Origin: an uncultured Candidatus Binatia bacterium
GTDB taxonomy: Bacteria; Desulfobacterota; Binatia; Bin18
DNA: 64,000 nucleotides
Reading direction: 5' to 3'
NCBI GenBank assembly: GCA_965232605.1
Contig: CBDDQA010000003.1
Location: 337,618-401,617 of the forward strand
A program made the translations under genes and the position numbers. The notes under the pieces were generated by a model that made no database searches, had not been told where the DNA came from, and saw only the letters and a list, made by a program, of their open reading frames with translations. This document shows, in pieces, positions 40,118 through 50,645 of the stretch (the first letter of the stretch is position 1; every line of letters starts with the position of its first letter).

Positions 40118-41275
40118 TTACCCTGCCCACAAACGCTGCGAGGCGAGACGCGCGCCTTCGGCGCACGCCCGCAGCTTGGCCCACACCACGCTCTCGGACA
40201 CCATCTCCCAGCCGGCAAATGTGCCAAAGCCGCAGTCCGAACCGGCAATGATCCGACTCCGGTCGCCGATAGCCTCAACCACCTGACACAGGCGGTCGGC
40301 GACGATTTCCGGGTGCTCGATATAGTTGGTGGTGGAATCGATTACGCCGGGGATGAGCAGCATCGAGTCGGGCAAAGGATGCTGCCGGAAGGCTTTATAT
40401 TCGTGCTGGTGGCGGGGGTTGGCCAGCTCGATGGACAGGGCTCCAACCTTGGCCTGATACAGAACGGGCAGAATATCGGCCAGCGGCACATCGTGATTGT
40501 GGGGGCCGTCATAATTCCCCCAGCAGATATGCAGCCGAATACGCTCGGCCGGGATATTCTCGGTCGCGCGGTTGACGGCTTCGATATGCACCTCGATGGT
40601 CTTCTGAAATTCTGCCAGGGTCTGTTCCTGAAAGAGGAAGGTCCGCTCCATGGCCAGGTCGGGGGCGTCGAGTTGCAGCAGCAAACCCTGGGCGTAGATG
40701 TACTCGTACTCCTTCTTCATCTGCTCGGCCACGGCCAGCACATAGGCCTCGTGCGAGTCGTAATGGGCGTTCAGCATGGTCGTGGCAATGATGCCGGGCG
40801 AGGCCGCGGTCATGAAGCGTTCGGTGCACGCCGCCTGCTCCGTACAGCGCAGAAACAAGGCACATTCCTGCTCCACCGCAGACAGATCGTCGTAGGCAAG
40901 CTCGGCAACGGCCTGCGGGGCGTCGAAGACCTTGGCCCGCATCATATTGCGCCGCTGCATCATGGCCATGAAATCCGGGAATTCGGCCATGTCTTGCGGC
41001 GTGGGTCGTTTGCTCTCTCCGCCAAAGCCGCGCATACGCTGCGGGACATAGGTCTGAAAACCGATGCGCGGCTGTTCGCCGTCATTGATGATATCCACAC
41101 CGGCTTTGAGCTGTTCGTCAATCACGTGTTGGACGGCTCTTTCGGATTGACGCTCCAGGGCCGCGGTATCTATGGCCTTGCCCTGCTCCTGGTCAATCAG
41201 CAGATCGGTCAGCTCAGGATTGCGCGGCAGGCTGCCGACGTGGGTGGTGAGAATCCGTTCGTCGCTCTTTTGCAT
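40118..41275 (-). CDS. cobalamin-independent methionine synthase (MetE C-terminal-like) family protein
   Basis: 385 aa UROD/MetE-like fold; zinc-ligand context HICWGNYDGPHNHDV...GSDCGFG. Confidence 0.7.
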   Translation of the reverse strand: MQKSDERILTTHVGSLPRNPELTDLLIDQEQGKAIDTAALERQSERAVQHVIDEQLKAGVDIINDGEQPRIGFQTYVPQRMRGFGGESKRPTPQDMAEFPDFMAMMQRRNMMRAKVFDAPQAVAELAYDDLSAVEQECALFLRCTEQAACTERFMTAASPGIIATTMLNAHYDSHEAYVLAVAEQMKKEYEYIYAQGLLLQLDAPDLAMERTFLFQEQTLAEFQKTIEVHIEAVNRATENIPAERIRLHICWGNYDGPHNHDVPLADILPVLYQAKVGALSIELANPRHQHEYKAFRQHPLPDSMLLIPGVIDSTTNYIEHPEIVADRLCQVVEAIGDRSRIIAGSDCGFGTFAGWEMVSESVVWAKLRACAEGARLASQRLWAG

Positions 41276-41310
41276 GGGAAGGCTCCGTATGGTTAGCGCT
41301 GACGATACTC

Positions 41311-42216
41311 TTAGCGCTGGTGATACAGGGGATGGCCCCGGACTGGGGTGCGGACCTTATTCATATGCTCCCCCTCCAGATTGGCGATAAAAAGGTCCTG
41401 CATGTCAGGGCCGCCAAACGCGCAGTTGGTCGGAAAGGCCAGGGCCGCGCCGTCCGGGTCGTGGACGAAGGTCTCCCAGTTACCGTTCGAGTCAACCTTG
41501 ATGACCCGGTTTCGGGGCTCCAGCTTGCCGTTCTCGGGGACGCCGGGCAGCGTGATATACAGGTTGCGGTCCACGTCAAAGGCCATCCCGTCCGGCAGGG
41601 CCGGAAAGCCTTTGGCATAGATTTCGGGCGGACCAAAGCTGCCGTCCTTCTTGATCTGGATACGGACGCAGTCGTTGCGCGAACTCTCCAGGACGTAGAC
41701 TGCATCCTCGTTGGGGTCGATAGCCGTCCCATTGGCAAAATAAATGCCGGTGGCGACGACCTCGCCCCGACCGTCGGGACGGATACGCACCACCGCGCCG
41801 TTGGGCTGGGGATGCACAAACTCCTTGAACACCTCGCGGCCCGGCTGGGAACTGGAGTTCGAGACGTACAGATTGCCCTCGGCGTCATAGCTGGCGAAGT
41901 TTGGAATCGAAATCGGAAAGTTTCCGGCGTGGTCGGCGACGAGGGAGACTTTCCCGTCTTGTGACAATCGCATGACAGCTTTATGTCTGAGGTCGCAATA
42001 GACGAAGTTGCCCTCGCGGTCCAGTGTGACGCCGTTGGGGATGGCCCGGTCCGGTAACTGGGCGACCTCGTGGACGACCCCGTCCGGGCTGACCTTATAG
42101 ACGATGCCATTGCGCCCGCCGCCCCAGGCGTTGCCTTCTTTATCAATGACCACCCCTTCGGCTCTGAGCACGCCAGAGCCGAAAATTTCCACCTGCTCAA
42201 CGGGAATCATTGCCAT
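41311..42216 (-). CDS. SMP-30/gluconolactonase/LRE-like beta-propeller protein
   Basis: Repeated ..DxEGNxY.. blades (DKEGNAW, DREGNFVY, DAEGNLYVS). Confidence 0.7.
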   Translation of the reverse strand: MAMIPVEQVEIFGSGVLRAEGVVIDKEGNAWGGGRNGIVYKVSPDGVVHEVAQLPDRAIPNGVTLDREGNFVYCDLRHKAVMRLSQDGKVSLVADHAGNFPISIPNFASYDAEGNLYVSNSSSQPGREVFKEFVHPQPNGAVVRIRPDGRGEVVATGIYFANGTAIDPNEDAVYVLESSRNDCVRIQIKKDGSFGPPEIYAKGFPALPDGMAFDVDRNLYITLPGVPENGKLEPRNRVIKVDSNGNWETFVHDPDGAALAFPTNCAFGGPDMQDLFIANLEGEHMNKVRTPVRGHPLYHQR

Positions 42217-42275
42217 ATGTTCTCCCTGTCTTGACTGAGAAGCTGACCGGTGTAGCCGGGTCTGCCCGGCACACG

Positions 42276-43502
42276 CTAACGGTCCTCTGCGTACAGCACT
42301 CCTTTCGCTTGGAGTGCGGCGATGGTGTCGTTGCTATAGCTGAGCTGCTCTCGCAGCACCTCGGCACTGTGCTGGCCTAAAAGCGGGGCCTGAATGTCCG
42401 GGAGCCGGGGGAATTCAGAATACTTGAGCGGGAAGCCTGGGATGGTGACTTCTCCCAGGATGGGGTCAGGCACCGTCCGAACCATCTCCCGCGCCTTGAA
42501 ATACGGATGGGCTAAAATATCGGTGATGGACATAACGGGAGCGGACGGCACCCGATGCTCTTCAAAAATCTGGAGAACGGCCGCATCGCTCGGCTGCGCC
42601 TGCATCCACGCTTCGATCATCGGAATGAGTGCGCCCTGGTTCTCCCCTCGCGCCGCATTGGTCGCAAAGCGCGTGTCTTCAATCAGCTCCGGCTTGCCCA
42701 TGGCCTGACACATCTTGGTCCACTGTCGGTCCAGGACGAGGACAACGATCCAGCCCTCGGGCCCTTTGAACACCCCGCACGGGCATACCAAAGGGTGATG
42801 TGACCCCATCCGGAGCGGCACAAACGCGCCCTTGCTCATGGTGTGACCCTGCACATTAACCTCGTGCATATGGAACATGGCGTCAATCATGGACAGGTCG
42901 ATATACTGGCCGACACCGGTACGTTCCCGGTGGTATAAGGCATAGCCCAGGGCGGCAAAGGCGTGGACGCCGCTGCTGACATCGGCAATCCCCAGCCCGA
43001 CAAACTGCGGCGGCCCGTCCGGACTGCCGGTCATATGCATGATGCCGGAGAAGGCCTGGGCAATGAAATCGTAGCCGACCTTGTGAGACAGCGGGCTTTT
43101 GCGTCCAAAGGCGGAAATCGAGACCATGATAATCTGGGGATTGATGGTCTTGAGCGAGGCATAGTCAAGATTCCGTTTCTCCATCACGCCCGGTCCGAAA
43201 TTCTCAACCACCACATCTACGGTCGGAATCAGGGCTCGCAGGATTTCAAGGGATTCCGGCTGGTCGAAATCCAGGCAGAGGCTTTTTTTGCCGCGATTCT
43301 GCTGGACGAAATACGCGCTGCGCTCATCCTGAATAAACGGCAGCAAGCGCGACGGGTCGCCCATGGGCGCCTGTTCCACCTTGATGATATTGGCCCCCAT
43401 CTCCGCCATGAGACGGGTCACGGTCGGGCCGGCCAGGTATTGGGTAAAATCCAGGACGGTCACGCCGGAAAGCATATACGCTTGGCCATTGGTCTGCTGC
43501 AT
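42276..43502 (-). CDS. CoA-transferase family III (CaiB/BaiF)
   Basis: GVTVLDFTQYLAGPTVTRLMAEMGANIIKVE. Confidence 0.85.
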   Translation of the reverse strand: MQQTNGQAYMLSGVTVLDFTQYLAGPTVTRLMAEMGANIIKVEQAPMGDPSRLLPFIQDERSAYFVQQNRGKKSLCLDFDQPESLEILRALIPTVDVVVENFGPGVMEKRNLDYASLKTINPQIIMVSISAFGRKSPLSHKVGYDFIAQAFSGIMHMTGSPDGPPQFVGLGIADVSSGVHAFAALGYALYHRERTGVGQYIDLSMIDAMFHMHEVNVQGHTMSKGAFVPLRMGSHHPLVCPCGVFKGPEGWIVVLVLDRQWTKMCQAMGKPELIEDTRFATNAARGENQGALIPMIEAWMQAQPSDAAVLQIFEEHRVPSAPVMSITDILAHPYFKAREMVRTVPDPILGEVTIPGFPLKYSEFPRLPDIQAPLLGQHSAEVLREQLSYSNDTIAALQAKGVLYAEDR

Positions 43503-43641
43503 GTCGCACCTCCGCTTTATCCGTGCCGGTACGACGGCTGTGTAACATGGGTCCCCTGAAAAAGCGAGGCTTTTTCAGGCATTGACGAGAAGAGCGGGGC
43601 TGTTCGGGTGGACTGGCGGGCGGGCGCAACTGCCGGAGACT

Positions 43642-44511
43642 TTACGCGGTCGATTCTTCTGAAGAAGGAACCGGGGCCGGGTATTTCCAGGTCAACGACA
43701 GCAGTGTATCGCCACCGGGAAGCGGACTGGATTCCGACTCGGGGGCCACATCGGCCGGGACTTCCGGGTGACGGTTCCGCGCCTCGGCAATCGCCAGCTG
43801 AACGAGGTCTTGCTGCGGCGCCTCGCCATTCAGCGAGTCTTTGAGCTCGGAAGCCCGCAGCTTGACGGTGACGGTGACCTGCATGGCCGCAGAACTACGG
43901 GGTGGCGGTGCAGGCGGCTCACTGGCCTCAACGTCAATTTCCAGTTCGGTTGGCGCTTCAACCTCCTCCGGCTCAACTGCCACCGCCGCTCTCTCGGGCT
44001 CTGGAGCGGGAGGCGTTTCGCTCGGTGCCGGCTCGGGTGTGACTCCGGCTGGTGCCGCCTGGGTCTGATCCGCTTCCCGCCGCGCTCCTCTGTCGTCTTC
44101 CCGATCGTCGCGTCTCCTCCGACCCCGGCCTGACGTTCCACGCCGGCGTCTGCCCCGGTCGTTTGCGTCGGCCTCGCTCGCCTCTTCCCGGCGGCGCTGC
44201 ACCCGCTGGCGACCGGGAACGAGCCCGAAGGCCAGATATTGACAGGTTTCCGTCGCAATATACTCAAAAGCATCGTTTGCGAAATCCAGCGCCTTTTCTT
44301 CGGTGTAGGCATCAACATCGCAATCGACGAACACCATGCAGTAGAAGTTCTTTCCTGCTGACGCAGCGCTCGGGCCTTCACTCAGTTCGTGCTCATGATA
44401 GCGGACACGCTGATGAGAGAGGGACTCAAAAAGGGAGGAGACGGTTGCCTGGACCTCTTCGGTCGACGGTCCACAGGCTTCAAAAACGGCTAAGGCGTGA
44501 AAATTGGGCAT
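43642..44511 (-). CDS. hypothetical protein with folded N-terminal domain, long Arg/Asp/Glu-rich low-complexity linker and Pro-rich tail
   Basis: 289-aa ORF; GRGRRRRDDREDDRGARRE segment. Confidence 0.45.
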   Translation of the reverse strand: MPNFHALAVFEACGPSTEEVQATVSSLFESLSHQRVRYHEHELSEGPSAASAGKNFYCMVFVDCDVDAYTEEKALDFANDAFEYIATETCQYLAFGLVPGRQRVQRRREEASEADANDRGRRRRGTSGRGRRRRDDREDDRGARREADQTQAAPAGVTPEPAPSETPPAPEPERAAVAVEPEEVEAPTELEIDVEASEPPAPPPRSSAAMQVTVTVKLRASELKDSLNGEAPQQDLVQLAIAEARNRHPEVPADVAPESESSPLPGGDTLLSLTWKYPAPVPSSEESTA

Positions 44512-44990
44512 GTCTTACAGGACTGTATAGAGCACAGCGCATGTCCGCAAGAGCCGTCAGCACGGAAAAAAGGCCGTGACCGACTTGATATTCTCCTGTG
44601 GACTCTGGACCTTGAGCGGGTTTGGGCGTAGAGTGAGAGAAGTTTTTCGGTCGGGCTGACACAGCCCGTCCCGTTTCTGTCCCTGCAATACGGCAGGACA
44701 GAGCGGACCGAGCCTCGGGCCGGTAGCGGCGATCGGTTCCTGGCTGAGCGGACTCTGGACCCGCGGTGGGTGCGCCGAGAAAGGAGGTGGTCTAGTGCAG
44801 TTATCAACGACGGTGATCAGTGAGGTGGTGGCCTCCTAGGCCGACCTATCCCAAATCGGGTGGTCGCTTGGGAGGACCAGGCACCACCGTGACCCCGGCA
44901 GCCCGTGTTCATCACCCACGGGACGTCCTCAGGGACGTAGCGCTGTCGGGGTTTTTGCTGAGTCCCATTTCTTGATGCTGCCAGATGGCC

Positions 44991-45326
44991 TTAGCGTTTC
45001 TTGGCTTGGCCCTCAATCAGCAACCATTGAGCCTGGCCGATTCCGCGCAGGCTGCGGTACTCCGCCTCGGACCAGCCCCGGTCCCCTCTTTTCCGGGCAA
45101 CGTCGAGCGCCCGCGTCAGCACCGCTTCACACAACTCAAGTAAGGGCAGGAGTTCCCGGTCCACCTCGTCTAAAGGAGCCTCAAGGAATATCGTCTGGAC
45201 GGGGGGCAACAGGCCAGCAAGCCCTGCCTGGGCACTTTCCTGAGGCGACGCCGCCTCCCTTGCCGCAGAAACGAAAGCAAGGCCCAGTTGATCGGAATTT
45301 TGTGTGCGGGCCGTTTTGTCCGTCAC
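44991..45326 (-). CDS. hypothetical protein (111 aa) translationally coupled to holA
   Basis: ATGA overlap with holA stop. Confidence 0.35.
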   Translation of the reverse strand: MTDKTARTQNSDQLGLAFVSAAREAASPQESAQAGLAGLLPPVQTIFLEAPLDEVDRELLPLLELCEAVLTRALDVARKRGDRGWSEAEYRSLRGIGQAQWLLIEGQAKKR

Positions 45327-46354
45327 CGTTTGGACCTGCCGTCAACGGCCGTGCTCCCGCAGACGTCCAGAATAAAGGCGTCGAACAAGAGGCGGGGAGC
45401 AGTTGGACTCGATTTGAGGGCGAGGTCCAGTTGCGAGGCGTGACGCAAGATGCGACGCAGGTCTGCGCCCGAAAAGACCCGTCCCTGCTCCACCAAAGCG
45501 CGGAGGCGTTGGCCTCGCAGCCCGACCGCCCGTTCAATCTGACTGCTCGGAGTCTTAGCGTCGGACAAATCCTTGACCTGCCACAGACGCCGGAAATGAC
45601 TGACCAGCGCGTGTAAGGCTGGGAGTGCCCGCTTCTCATCGTTCAATACGTCCTGTACCAGGCGGACGGCCCGTTTGCTGTTACGTCGCCCCAAAGCGTC
45701 GGCCAGCTCAAAGGCCGAGTGCTGATGCAGATCTCCCGTACATTGCCTGACCACCTCCTGATCTATTTCGGTTGCCGGGAAAACAAAGGCGACCAGCTTG
45801 TCGATCTCGGTGGACAGGGCGAGCAAATCCGTTCCAATATGATCGGCCACATACGAGGCCGCCTCAGCGCTGAGCCGGACCCCCCGTTCCCGGGCAAAAC
45901 GCTGCGCCCAACCGGGGATTTGGTTGATAAAAGGCGAACGGAATTCGCCCACAAAACCCCGCTTGGCACACACAGAAAAGAATTTCTGGCTGAGGTTGAC
46001 CCTGCCCTGCACGCAGACGACCAGAGGCTGGCTTTCATCCCGGAGTTCGGCCTCGGTCGCCAGACGTTCCCGGTCTGCCGCAGACAGTTGGCCGGCACTC
46101 TTGAGGACGACTAATTGACGTTCGGCAAAAAGCGAGGCGCTGCCCCAGGCCTCAAGCAGCTGCTCAAGCGGGTCTTCTCCCGCATAAAACGTCTGCACCG
46201 CCAGGTTTTCGCCCAGACGCGCCTGTACCAGGGCGACTGCGCGATTAATGAAGTATGCCTCCTCGCCGTGAAAGAGATAGAGCGGGGAGAGAGGCTCTTT
46301 AGTCAGGAGCGCAAAAATTTCGTCGGGTTGGCGAAACGTCTTTCTCGTCTGCAT
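45323..46354 (-). CDS. holA: DNA polymerase III delta subunit
   Basis: 343 aa; LYLFHGEEAYFINRAV... delta N-terminal pattern. Confidence 0.7.
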   Translation of the reverse strand: MQTRKTFRQPDEIFALLTKEPLSPLYLFHGEEAYFINRAVALVQARLGENLAVQTFYAGEDPLEQLLEAWGSASLFAERQLVVLKSAGQLSAADRERLATEAELRDESQPLVVCVQGRVNLSQKFFSVCAKRGFVGEFRSPFINQIPGWAQRFARERGVRLSAEAASYVADHIGTDLLALSTEIDKLVAFVFPATEIDQEVVRQCTGDLHQHSAFELADALGRRNSKRAVRLVQDVLNDEKRALPALHALVSHFRRLWQVKDLSDAKTPSSQIERAVGLRGQRLRALVEQGRVFSGADLRRILRHASQLDLALKSSPTAPRLLFDAFILDVCGSTAVDGRSKR

Positions 46355-46383
46355 TTCCCGTCTGTATGAGAGAGAGGGGCGCG

Positions 46384-47271
46384 CTATGATCTGATGCTGA
46401 CCTCCAGTTGACGCGAAACGGATTCGGTCGAAACGATGTGCCGCTGGAGTTCCATTTCTTTCTCATCGAAGCCAAAGGCCAGGCCCAGGAGCTGGGGGAG
46501 ATGGATAATCGGCATTCCTATCTGGGTCCCGGCCTGTTTCTCGGCCGTCGGCTGGTTGGCGTCAAGATTCAAATGACACAGCGGACAGGGCGTCACCATG
46601 CAGTCGGCCCCCTTTGTCTTGGCGTCACCGGTATGATCGCTGACCATTCGCATGGAATTCTCTTCGTTGACGGTCAGAATCGGAAATCCACAGCATTTGG
46701 ACTTCCCGCTCGAATCCACGGACTCGGCGCCAAGAATGTCGAGCAGGTCCTCTAAATAGGTTTTCCGCCCCGACAGGCCCTTGGGCGCAATGATGGAGGT
46801 TGGACGCCGGATGTAGCAGCCATAGAAGGGCGCGACCTTGAGCCCGGTCAGTTTCCGCTTGATATACGGTTTCAGGTTCTCCACTCCATAGTCTTCCATC
46901 AGCACCCATAAGAGATGCTTGACTTCGACCGTGCCTTTATATTCCAGTCCTTCCTCTGCCAGGTATTCGGCATTGATCTGCTGGCGATACTCGGGCTCGT
47001 TTTTGAAGCGGTGGTTGGCTTGGGTGAAGACTCCCTGACAGGTACTGCAAATCGTCATGAGAGAGGACAGTCCCATTGCCTCCACCTTGGCCAGGGTCCG
47101 CGCGTTGATAGGGTCGGACAGGTCACGGCTCAACACCCCGGCGCCGGTACAGCCGACATCGGTCACTTCTTCGATTTCGATCCCGAGTGTTTCCGCCACC
47201 TTGACCGAAGCGGGATAGAGTTCAGGACAGGCTCCACGGGACACACAGCCTGGATAGAATGCATACTTCAT
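46384..47271 (-). CDS. HdrB-like CCG-domain subunit (type E succinate dehydrogenase/fumarate reductase SdhE / TfrB-like)
   Basis: Two CCG cysteine-rich repeats (CTGAG...CSTCQG; CCGFP...CPLCHLN). Confidence 0.75.
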   Translation of the reverse strand: MKYAFYPGCVSRGACPELYPASVKVAETLGIEIEEVTDVGCTGAGVLSRDLSDPINARTLAKVEAMGLSSLMTICSTCQGVFTQANHRFKNEPEYRQQINAEYLAEEGLEYKGTVEVKHLLWVLMEDYGVENLKPYIKRKLTGLKVAPFYGCYIRRPTSIIAPKGLSGRKTYLEDLLDILGAESVDSSGKSKCCGFPILTVNEENSMRMVSDHTGDAKTKGADCMVTPCPLCHLNLDANQPTAEKQAGTQIGMPIIHLPQLLGLAFGFDEKEMELQRHIVSTESVSRQLEVSIRS

Positions 47272-48236
47272 ACTTCGCTCCTCTGGGCTTTGTCTATGAT
47301 GCGTCGAATCGCCTGGGCACCCGGTCGTTTGGGATGGAAATACGGCATCGGGGCCTTGCCCTTTGGAATGGCCCGGATCACCGTGGGCAGGAGTTTCGCC
47401 AAGCCGGCAACATTGGTCAGGCCCTCGCTCTCGATCGCCAGCCGGCCTTCGTCCAGCCAGCCGCTGCGCTTGACCGAATTCAGGAAGCTGTCGTAATGCC
47501 GCTGCACCTTGGGGTTCCTCGTACCGGAGCGAATGCCCTGTCGAATCGCCTCGTCACGGACCTCGAAGAGGCGGTCGGTCGGTTCCAGGCCCAGGGGGCA
47601 ATGCCCATTGGCCTCAAAACAGTGCGTACAGTCCCAGACACCTCCAGGCTCGCTGACCAGCGTGAGGCGCTCGTTGTGCTGTCCATCGCGCGGGTCGAAA
47701 ACGGCTCGATACGCCTTGGTGAGGGCGGCCGGACCGACAAAGTCCTTGTCAATTTTAATCACTGCACAGCCCTCGTCGCACAGGCCACACATGATACAGC
47801 TCATCGCTTTGCGGACTTCGGCCAGTTGCTCCTCGGCGACCACGTATTCGCCCTCGGGCTCCGGTCTGCGGGGTGTAATCCACGGCTGGACCGACTTGAT
47901 TTTCTTCCAGAGGAAACTCTCAAGGTCGTACACTAGGTCTTTCAGCACCGGGATATTGCGAATCGGTTCAACGGTCACCACACCGTTCTTGACCGTTTTG
48001 GCGATTTTCAGGGTACAGCCGAGCCGGCCCTTTTTGTTTATGCGGAGCGCGCAGTCACCGCACGACCCCCGCTCGCACGAGGCCCGAAACGCCAGGCTGG
48101 GGTCCTGCTCATCCCGAATCTGCCTGAGTCCATCCATCACGGTGGCCGAATCCGGCAGGTCTACTTGGTAGGTCGCAAAATCCGGTTTGCTCCCGTTTTC
48201 AGGGTCGAAACGGTAGACCTTAAATGTTGTTTCCAT
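47268..48236 (-). CDS. sdhB: succinate dehydrogenase/fumarate reductase iron-sulfur subunit
   Basis: CERGSCGDCALRINK.., CIMCGLCDEGC, CTHCFEANGHCP cluster motifs. Confidence 0.85.
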   Translation of the reverse strand: METTFKVYRFDPENGSKPDFATYQVDLPDSATVMDGLRQIRDEQDPSLAFRASCERGSCGDCALRINKKGRLGCTLKIAKTVKNGVVTVEPIRNIPVLKDLVYDLESFLWKKIKSVQPWITPRRPEPEGEYVVAEEQLAEVRKAMSCIMCGLCDEGCAVIKIDKDFVGPAALTKAYRAVFDPRDGQHNERLTLVSEPGGVWDCTHCFEANGHCPLGLEPTDRLFEVRDEAIRQGIRSGTRNPKVQRHYDSFLNSVKRSGWLDEGRLAIESEGLTNVAGLAKLLPTVIRAIPKGKAPMPYFHPKRPGAQAIRRIIDKAQRSEV

Positions 48237-48277
48237 AGGTCACCCCTCCATTCTCTGCCTTCAGTAATAAATTCCCC

Positions 48278-49897
48278 TCACGCCGACGGCCCGGCATCGA
48301 CCGGACTGGTGCTCAGGACTGGTCCATCGGCTCCGCGTGTCACCAGCAAGTGATACGGTCCCTCCGCATCATTCGTTGCCGGAAAGTCGCTTCGATGGTG
48401 AACGCCACGGCTCTCCTGTCGTGCCTGGGCCGCAGTCACAATGGCTCCGGCAACGTCGAGCAGCGCGCCCAGCTCATAAAAGCTGAGCAATTCATGGTTG
48501 TACATCTTTCCGTGGTGTCGGAGCCCAACCTGAGCATACCGTGCCTGCAGGTCGGCAACACCGCGGGCGGCCTCCTGCAGCCCGGCTTCGTCCCGTACCA
48601 GCCCAACGTGCTCGGCCATTGTGTTCGCCAGTGCACGCTGAATCGTGACCACCGTATCCCCTGACACGGGGCGGGAAAAAATCGCCTCCAGCGTGCGTTG
48701 GGCGTCCTGCAGGGCAGAGGCGGCAATCGCCTGGGGAGAGGAGTTGGACGCATGGGCAGCCGCAGCGCTGCCGGCCCGCCGACCAAAGACCACACTGGCG
48801 GTCAGGGCATTCCCGGTCAGGGCGTTGGCCCCATGCACCCCAGGGGAGGCGCACTCTCCGGCGGCAAACAGCCCGGAAATATCTGTTGCTCCGCTCGTAT
48901 CGGTCTGGATACCACCCAGGACCCGATGCATGCGCGGCATGACAGGCAGCGGCGCGATATCCAGACTGATACCAGCCATCTCAGTGGCCGCTCGCTCCAG
49001 ATACAGGAATCGCGTGCGAATACGCTCTTTGTCGAGCGAACGGAAATCAAGCGCTACACCGTCTCCGGCGGAAGCGACCGAGCGACACAGCGCGTCCCGG
49101 AGCGACAAATCGTTTGTCTGAAGGATGGGCTGTCCGTCCGTGTTACACAGCACCGCGCCCTCGCCCAAAGCGCCTTCAGAGGCAAAAGCAGCCCGTTCAC
49201 AAAACCCCAGGGGATGGTATTGCACCATCTCCATATCTCTGAGGCTCAGCCCGACCCTATAGGCCAGGCTCATGCCGTCGCCGCAGCACGATTGCGAGGC
49301 CGTACTCGGGGCATAGACACGCCCGCTCCCGCCCGTGGCCAGCACGACAGCGGACGCACTGAACACCTCAAGGTTGCCTGTTCCAAGTTCCAGTGCGAGC
49401 ACCCCGCGACAGAGTCCGTCCTCAACAACAAGGGAAGTCGCAAGCCACTCTTCATGGCTGGGAATATCCTCCCGCATACATTGCTCATGAAGCGTGTTGA
49501 GCACGGCGTGACCGGTCATATCGGCAGAAAATGCCGTGCGTGGGAGGGTATGCCCGCAGAGAGTCCATCGGTCGAGTTTACCTTCAGCATTGCGGTTAAA
49601 CGGCACTCCGATATGGTCGAGACGAATAATGTCGTCTGACGCGGCGCGGCACATCTCCTCAACAGCCGCATGATCGCATAAGCCCGCCCCGGCCCGTATG
49701 GTATCCTGGGCGTGCTGTTGCCACGAATCGTCGTTTCCAAAAGCCGCATTCAATCCGTCTGATGATGTGGCAGAATGGCTGCGCAGCGGATGGGTCTTGC
49801 TGAGCAGGGCAACCTGTACTCCGGCATGCTTGGCCGCAAGTGCGGCCTGAAGCCCGGCAACCCCGCCACCAACAATAAGAACATCGTATTCTGGCAT
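48278..49897 (-). CDS. sdhA: succinate dehydrogenase/fumarate reductase flavoprotein subunit
   Basis: YDVLIVGGGVAGLQAAL, RSHSATSSDG (FAD His), HYHPLG. Confidence 0.85.
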   Translation of the reverse strand: MPEYDVLIVGGGVAGLQAALAAKHAGVQVALLSKTHPLRSHSATSSDGLNAAFGNDDSWQQHAQDTIRAGAGLCDHAAVEEMCRAASDDIIRLDHIGVPFNRNAEGKLDRWTLCGHTLPRTAFSADMTGHAVLNTLHEQCMREDIPSHEEWLATSLVVEDGLCRGVLALELGTGNLEVFSASAVVLATGGSGRVYAPSTASQSCCGDGMSLAYRVGLSLRDMEMVQYHPLGFCERAAFASEGALGEGAVLCNTDGQPILQTNDLSLRDALCRSVASAGDGVALDFRSLDKERIRTRFLYLERAATEMAGISLDIAPLPVMPRMHRVLGGIQTDTSGATDISGLFAAGECASPGVHGANALTGNALTASVVFGRRAGSAAAAHASNSSPQAIAASALQDAQRTLEAIFSRPVSGDTVVTIQRALANTMAEHVGLVRDEAGLQEAARGVADLQARYAQVGLRHHGKMYNHELLSFYELGALLDVAGAIVTAAQARQESRGVHHRSDFPATNDAEGPYHLLVTRGADGPVLSTSPVDAGPSA

Positions 49898-50002
49898 TGG
49901 CGTTCTCTAGCGCCGGACACTATAGCCGAAATGGTACGAGAAGGGCAAATCCAACCACCCACCCTGCTGGCGGCGTATTCTTACCGTCCTCCAGGCTGCC
50001 GT

Positions 50003-50617
50003 CTAGGCATTTTCTCCCGCCCTGGTCCCGCCACATTCGATCAGTCTCTTTTCCGTGACAATATAGTCCACACACTCGTCGTGCGGATCAGCCGGGATGT
50101 GAGGGACGACCTGGCATTCATGGGCCAGACCAACGCGCAGCGCCCCGGCTAATACGCCTCGTAAAGCCCGGTCATAATAGCCCCGGCCCCGTCCAAGCCG
50201 GTGGCCGGCCCGGTCAAAACCAACGCCGGGAATCAGTACCAGATCAGTCCGGGCGACGCTCCTGAGAATATCTTCTCCGGGCGGAACCAGGAGATCAAAA
50301 ACCCCCGGAATCAGAGGCTCATTATCGTGACGCCTGACAAACTCAACGTCCTGTTTATCCACCGTCACTCTCGGGTAATAGACATATTTTCCTTGCCGAC
50401 GGGCGGCCTGCCACAGTCCTTCGGTGTCCACCTCATTTTCATCAGAGTTGTACAGAGAAATCTGCCGGGCCCGGTGAAACATCGCCTGCGCACATAGACG
50501 AGCAGCAATACGCCGACTGTTTTTCCTGACTACCTGGGCTGAAAGCGCCCGCCGCCGCTGACGGAGCAGCGCCCGCAGCCGTCGTTTTTCAGCCAGCATA
50601 AACGCCACCCGACCCAA
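50003..50617 (-). CDS. 5-formyltetrahydrofolate cyclo-ligase
   Basis: KRRLRALLRQRRR...GVGFDRAGHRLGRGRGYYDR. Confidence 0.7.
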   Translation of the reverse strand: MGRVAFMLAEKRRLRALLRQRRRALSAQVVRKNSRRIAARLCAQAMFHRARQISLYNSDENEVDTEGLWQAARRQGKYVYYPRVTVDKQDVEFVRRHDNEPLIPGVFDLLVPPGEDILRSVARTDLVLIPGVGFDRAGHRLGRGRGYYDRALRGVLAGALRVGLAHECQVVPHIPADPHDECVDYIVTEKRLIECGGTRAGENA

Positions 50618-50645
50618 TCAAGCTAACAGACTCAACAGACCTCCC

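Noticed and set aside
44512-44990. RNase P RNA / SRP RNA in the 480-bp gap
   Set aside because: Conserved P4 (GGAAAGUCCGG..., ACAGAAACCGGCUUA) and SRP domain IV motifs not found on either strand
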